From: Longimicrobiales bacterium
GTDB lineage: Bacteria; Gemmatimonadota; Gemmatimonadetes; Longimicrobiales; Gaopeijiaceae
Assembly: GCA_965248195.1 (NCBI GenBank)
Contig: CBDFIQ010000002.1
Location: forward strand, 2,400,001-2,464,000
DNA length: 64,000 nucleotides
Direction of reading: 5' to 3'
The position numbers and the translations under genes were made by a program. Positions 62,099-64,000 of this stretch are shown here, piece after piece (position 1 is the first letter of the stretch; each line of letters starts with the position of its first letter). The notes beneath the pieces were generated by a model. It saw nothing but the letters and a program-made list of their open reading frames with translations, had not been told where the DNA came from and did no database searches.

Positions 62099-63295
62099 CT
62101 AACTACCCAAGAGGACCAGAATCTCATCCTGGCGCTCCCGCGGAGTGACTTCCGGACCATCCGCCCCCCAATGCACGTTGATCTCGCTCCGAACGCCCAC
62201 ATCGCCTGGAATGTAGATGCCGGGTTCCACCGAGAAGCCCACACCCCGAACCAACAGGCGGTTATCCTGGGTCTCGAGGTTGTCCAGGTTCGGTCCGCTG
62301 CCGTGGAGCTCGATGTCCATGGAGTGGCCGGTACGATGCACGAAAAACTCACCGAAGTCCCGGTCCGCGATGAACCCGCGGCACACGTCGTCGACCTCGT
62401 AGCCGCGTACCTCCCGGTCCTGCTCATGACGGGAGCGCAGAAAATCGATACCGGCCTCACGCGCCCCCCGAACCGCCTCCCAAATGGTCTGAAGCCGGTC
62501 CGGAACCGCGTCGGAGAGGATCCCCATCCAGGTCTGGTCCGCGAAGACTCCGCCTGCGGTGGGTTTCGCCCACAGATCGATCAGCAGGACCTCTCCCTCC
62601 GCGACCTTGGCACCGGCGTCACGCGGATCGTAATGGGGATCCGCGGCGTTCGGTCCGATGGCCACATGCGCATCCGCGTCGACCGGCAGCCCTCGTGCCG
62701 CCAATTCGTCGCGGATCCATCCGCCCAGCTGGCCCTCGAGAAGCGGCTTGCCAGTCCGGGCATGCTCGGCGGCCCGGGTAAAGGCGTCCATAGCCAAGGC
62801 CCGTAAGGTCTCGGCCGAGACCCGATGCGCCTCCAGCTGCTCCTTCGACCAGACCGAGTGGAACCTCGAGACCAGGTTCCCCGAGCTCACAGGGTCCACT
62901 CCTGCCTCTCGGAGTAAATCCAGGATGCCGGACGGCACCCGGTCCATGGTGGGAACACTCGAACGGGGGGAGACCTCCATGGCCAACCGCTTCCGGCCGC
63001 CGATCAACTCCGAGAGCCGGCTTTCCATCTCGCGCCACCCCGCGTAGTCGATGATTCCCCATGGCCAGTGCCGCCATGAGGAGTGTTCGATGGCGTGGAT
63101 CAGCGTCACGGGGTCCCCTTCGGCGGGGATCAGCGTGAAGGACCGGCGTGACGTCCATCCCAGACCGAGCATGGCTGTTGCGATCGGATTCTGGCCCCGG
63201 AAGTCGAAGAACAACCAACCCTCCAGCCCAGTGTCCCGAAGCGCGGCCTGCACCTTGGCGACTTGCTCGGCATTACTCATCGGCGCGACGCTCAT
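62099..63295 (-). CDS. M24 family metallopeptidase
   Basis: DPHY, LIDLWAK...ADQTW, HRTGHS, SVEPGIY, GVRSE. Confidence 0.9.
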   Translation of the reverse strand: MSVAPMSNAEQVAKVQAALRDTGLEGWLFFDFRGQNPIATAMLGLGWTSRRSFTLIPAEGDPVTLIHAIEHSSWRHWPWGIIDYAGWREMESRLSELIGGRKRLAMEVSPRSSVPTMDRVPSGILDLLREAGVDPVSSGNLVSRFHSVWSKEQLEAHRVSAETLRALAMDAFTRAAEHARTGKPLLEGQLGGWIRDELAARGLPVDADAHVAIGPNAADPHYDPRDAGAKVAEGEVLLIDLWAKPTAGGVFADQTWMGILSDAVPDRLQTIWEAVRGAREAGIDFLRSRHEQDREVRGYEVDDVCRGFIADRDFGEFFVHRTGHSMDIELHGSGPNLDNLETQDNRLLVRGVGFSVEPGIYIPGDVGVRSEINVHWGADGPEVTPRERQDEILVLLGS

Positions 63296-63297
63296 CG

Positions 63298-64000
63298 CTA
63301 CGCCTCGCCTCCCTCTGCGGCCCCGTCGCCGTCTCCGGCCTCGACACCATCGCCGTCTCTGTCCCCGACACCATCGCCGTCTCTGTCCCCGTCTTCGTCC
63401 TCGGCTCCAAAGAGCGGAAGGCCCGTCAGCTGTTCCTCTTCCGGAGTACGGTCGCCCGACGCCTCGACCCGCACCGAAGCTTCGGCGGCCACGGCGGTCT
63501 GGCCAGCCACAGGCTTCAGGCCCATGACGAGGTCGAGTCCGAGGATCCGCTCCTGTGTCAGAAGCTTGTGCACCTTCCGCTCCCGTGCCATCGCGGTCCA
63601 GACGCCCACCCAGCCCCAGCGGCGCCTAGCACGGCGGAGGATCCCTATCTTCTCGGGCAGGGTGAACAACTCCGTGAAGTCGGGGAACGGTTTCGTGATC
63701 TGGGGCCGGAAAGCCGTTTCCTCGTCGGACCAATCCTCCGTGTGTAATCCTTCGAGGCCCGCTTCCATCATGAATTTCTTCCACTCGACCACCATGAGAG
63801 GGTGGCAGCCGAGGTACTGAGAAAGGACTTCACGACGAACCGGGTCCACGGGCGCCTTCCACACAGGTTGGACGAGAACGACACTCGCGCCCGGCTTGGC
63901 GACCCTCACGATTTCCCTGACCGCGCTTTCCGCGGAAACCCGCTCAGTGAGGCCGAGTTCGGCTATCACGACGTCGAAGATGCGATCCCGGAAGGGTAAC
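63298..64000 (-). CDS. Class I SAM-dependent methyltransferase, 3' part (start outside the window)
   Basis: LPFRDRIFDVVI...EIVRVAKPGASVV motifs; acidic repetitive tail. Confidence 0.75.
   Translation of the reverse strand, partial: LPFRDRIFDVVIAELGLTERVSAESAVREIVRVAKPGASVVLVQPVWKAPVDPVRREVLSQYLGCHPLMVVEWKKFMMEAGLEGLHTEDWSDEETAFRPQITKPFPDFTELFTLPEKIGILRRARRRWGWVGVWTAMARERKVHKLLTQERILGLDLVMGLKPVAGQTAVAAEASVRVEASGDRTPEEEQLTGLPLFGAEDEDGDRDGDGVGDRDGDGVEAGDGDGAAEGGEA
63342..63389. repeat. Perfect 24-bp tandem duplication in the methyltransferase tail
   Basis: cgacaccatcgccgtctctgtccc twice. Confidence 0.9.

Noticed and set aside
58235..63389. Tandem repeats as a CRISPR array, or the HNH gene as a Cas/defence nuclease
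   Set aside because: The repeats are contiguous with no spacers and lie in coding frames; the HNH is a small stand-alone McrA-like protein with no cas genes or guide-like array nearby.

Overview
High-GC bacterial chromosome segment. Gene content and protein style suggest Gemmatimonadota; this is an inference, not a database result. From left to right it holds: a partial alanine/glycine:cation symporter; a structured MITE-like repeat; a co-oriented sprA-like / comEA / pilB / pilT (in-frame TAG) / pilC / hinT block, divergent from lptFG; a DapF-like epimerase with both catalytic Cys replaced by Ser; metH, a yitJ-like gene and a MetF-like gene; peptidases; a YncD/PqqU-like TonB receptor; threonine synthase; a NatAB-type ABC pair whose permease is fused to a CPBP protease, divergent from ECF / ZAS anti-sigma / PDZ genes; an accessory region of about 40.4-51.4 kb; an ECF / anti-sigma / periplasmic protein / TolC / MacAB-type efflux operon; an HNH nuclease, priA, an M24 peptidase and a partial methyltransferase. 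The accessory region contains a frameshifted HExxH gene, a lipoprotein, an IS-split TonB receptor, an ECF/ZAS pair with a three-copy GTCACA-N17-GCTC promoter motif, a PAP2 gene, tRNA-Ile fragments, vapBC, dinB and IS256. Two 1567-bp IS3-family copies with 3-bp target duplications and one 1376-bp IS256-family copy with a 9-bp duplication can be delimited exactly. I saw no rRNA, intact tRNA or CRISPR array. The best candidates for undescribed biology are the SprA-like barrel linked to ComEA and type IV pilus motors, the small ECF regulon, the Ser/Ser DapF homologue, and the ABC-CPBP/ECF module.
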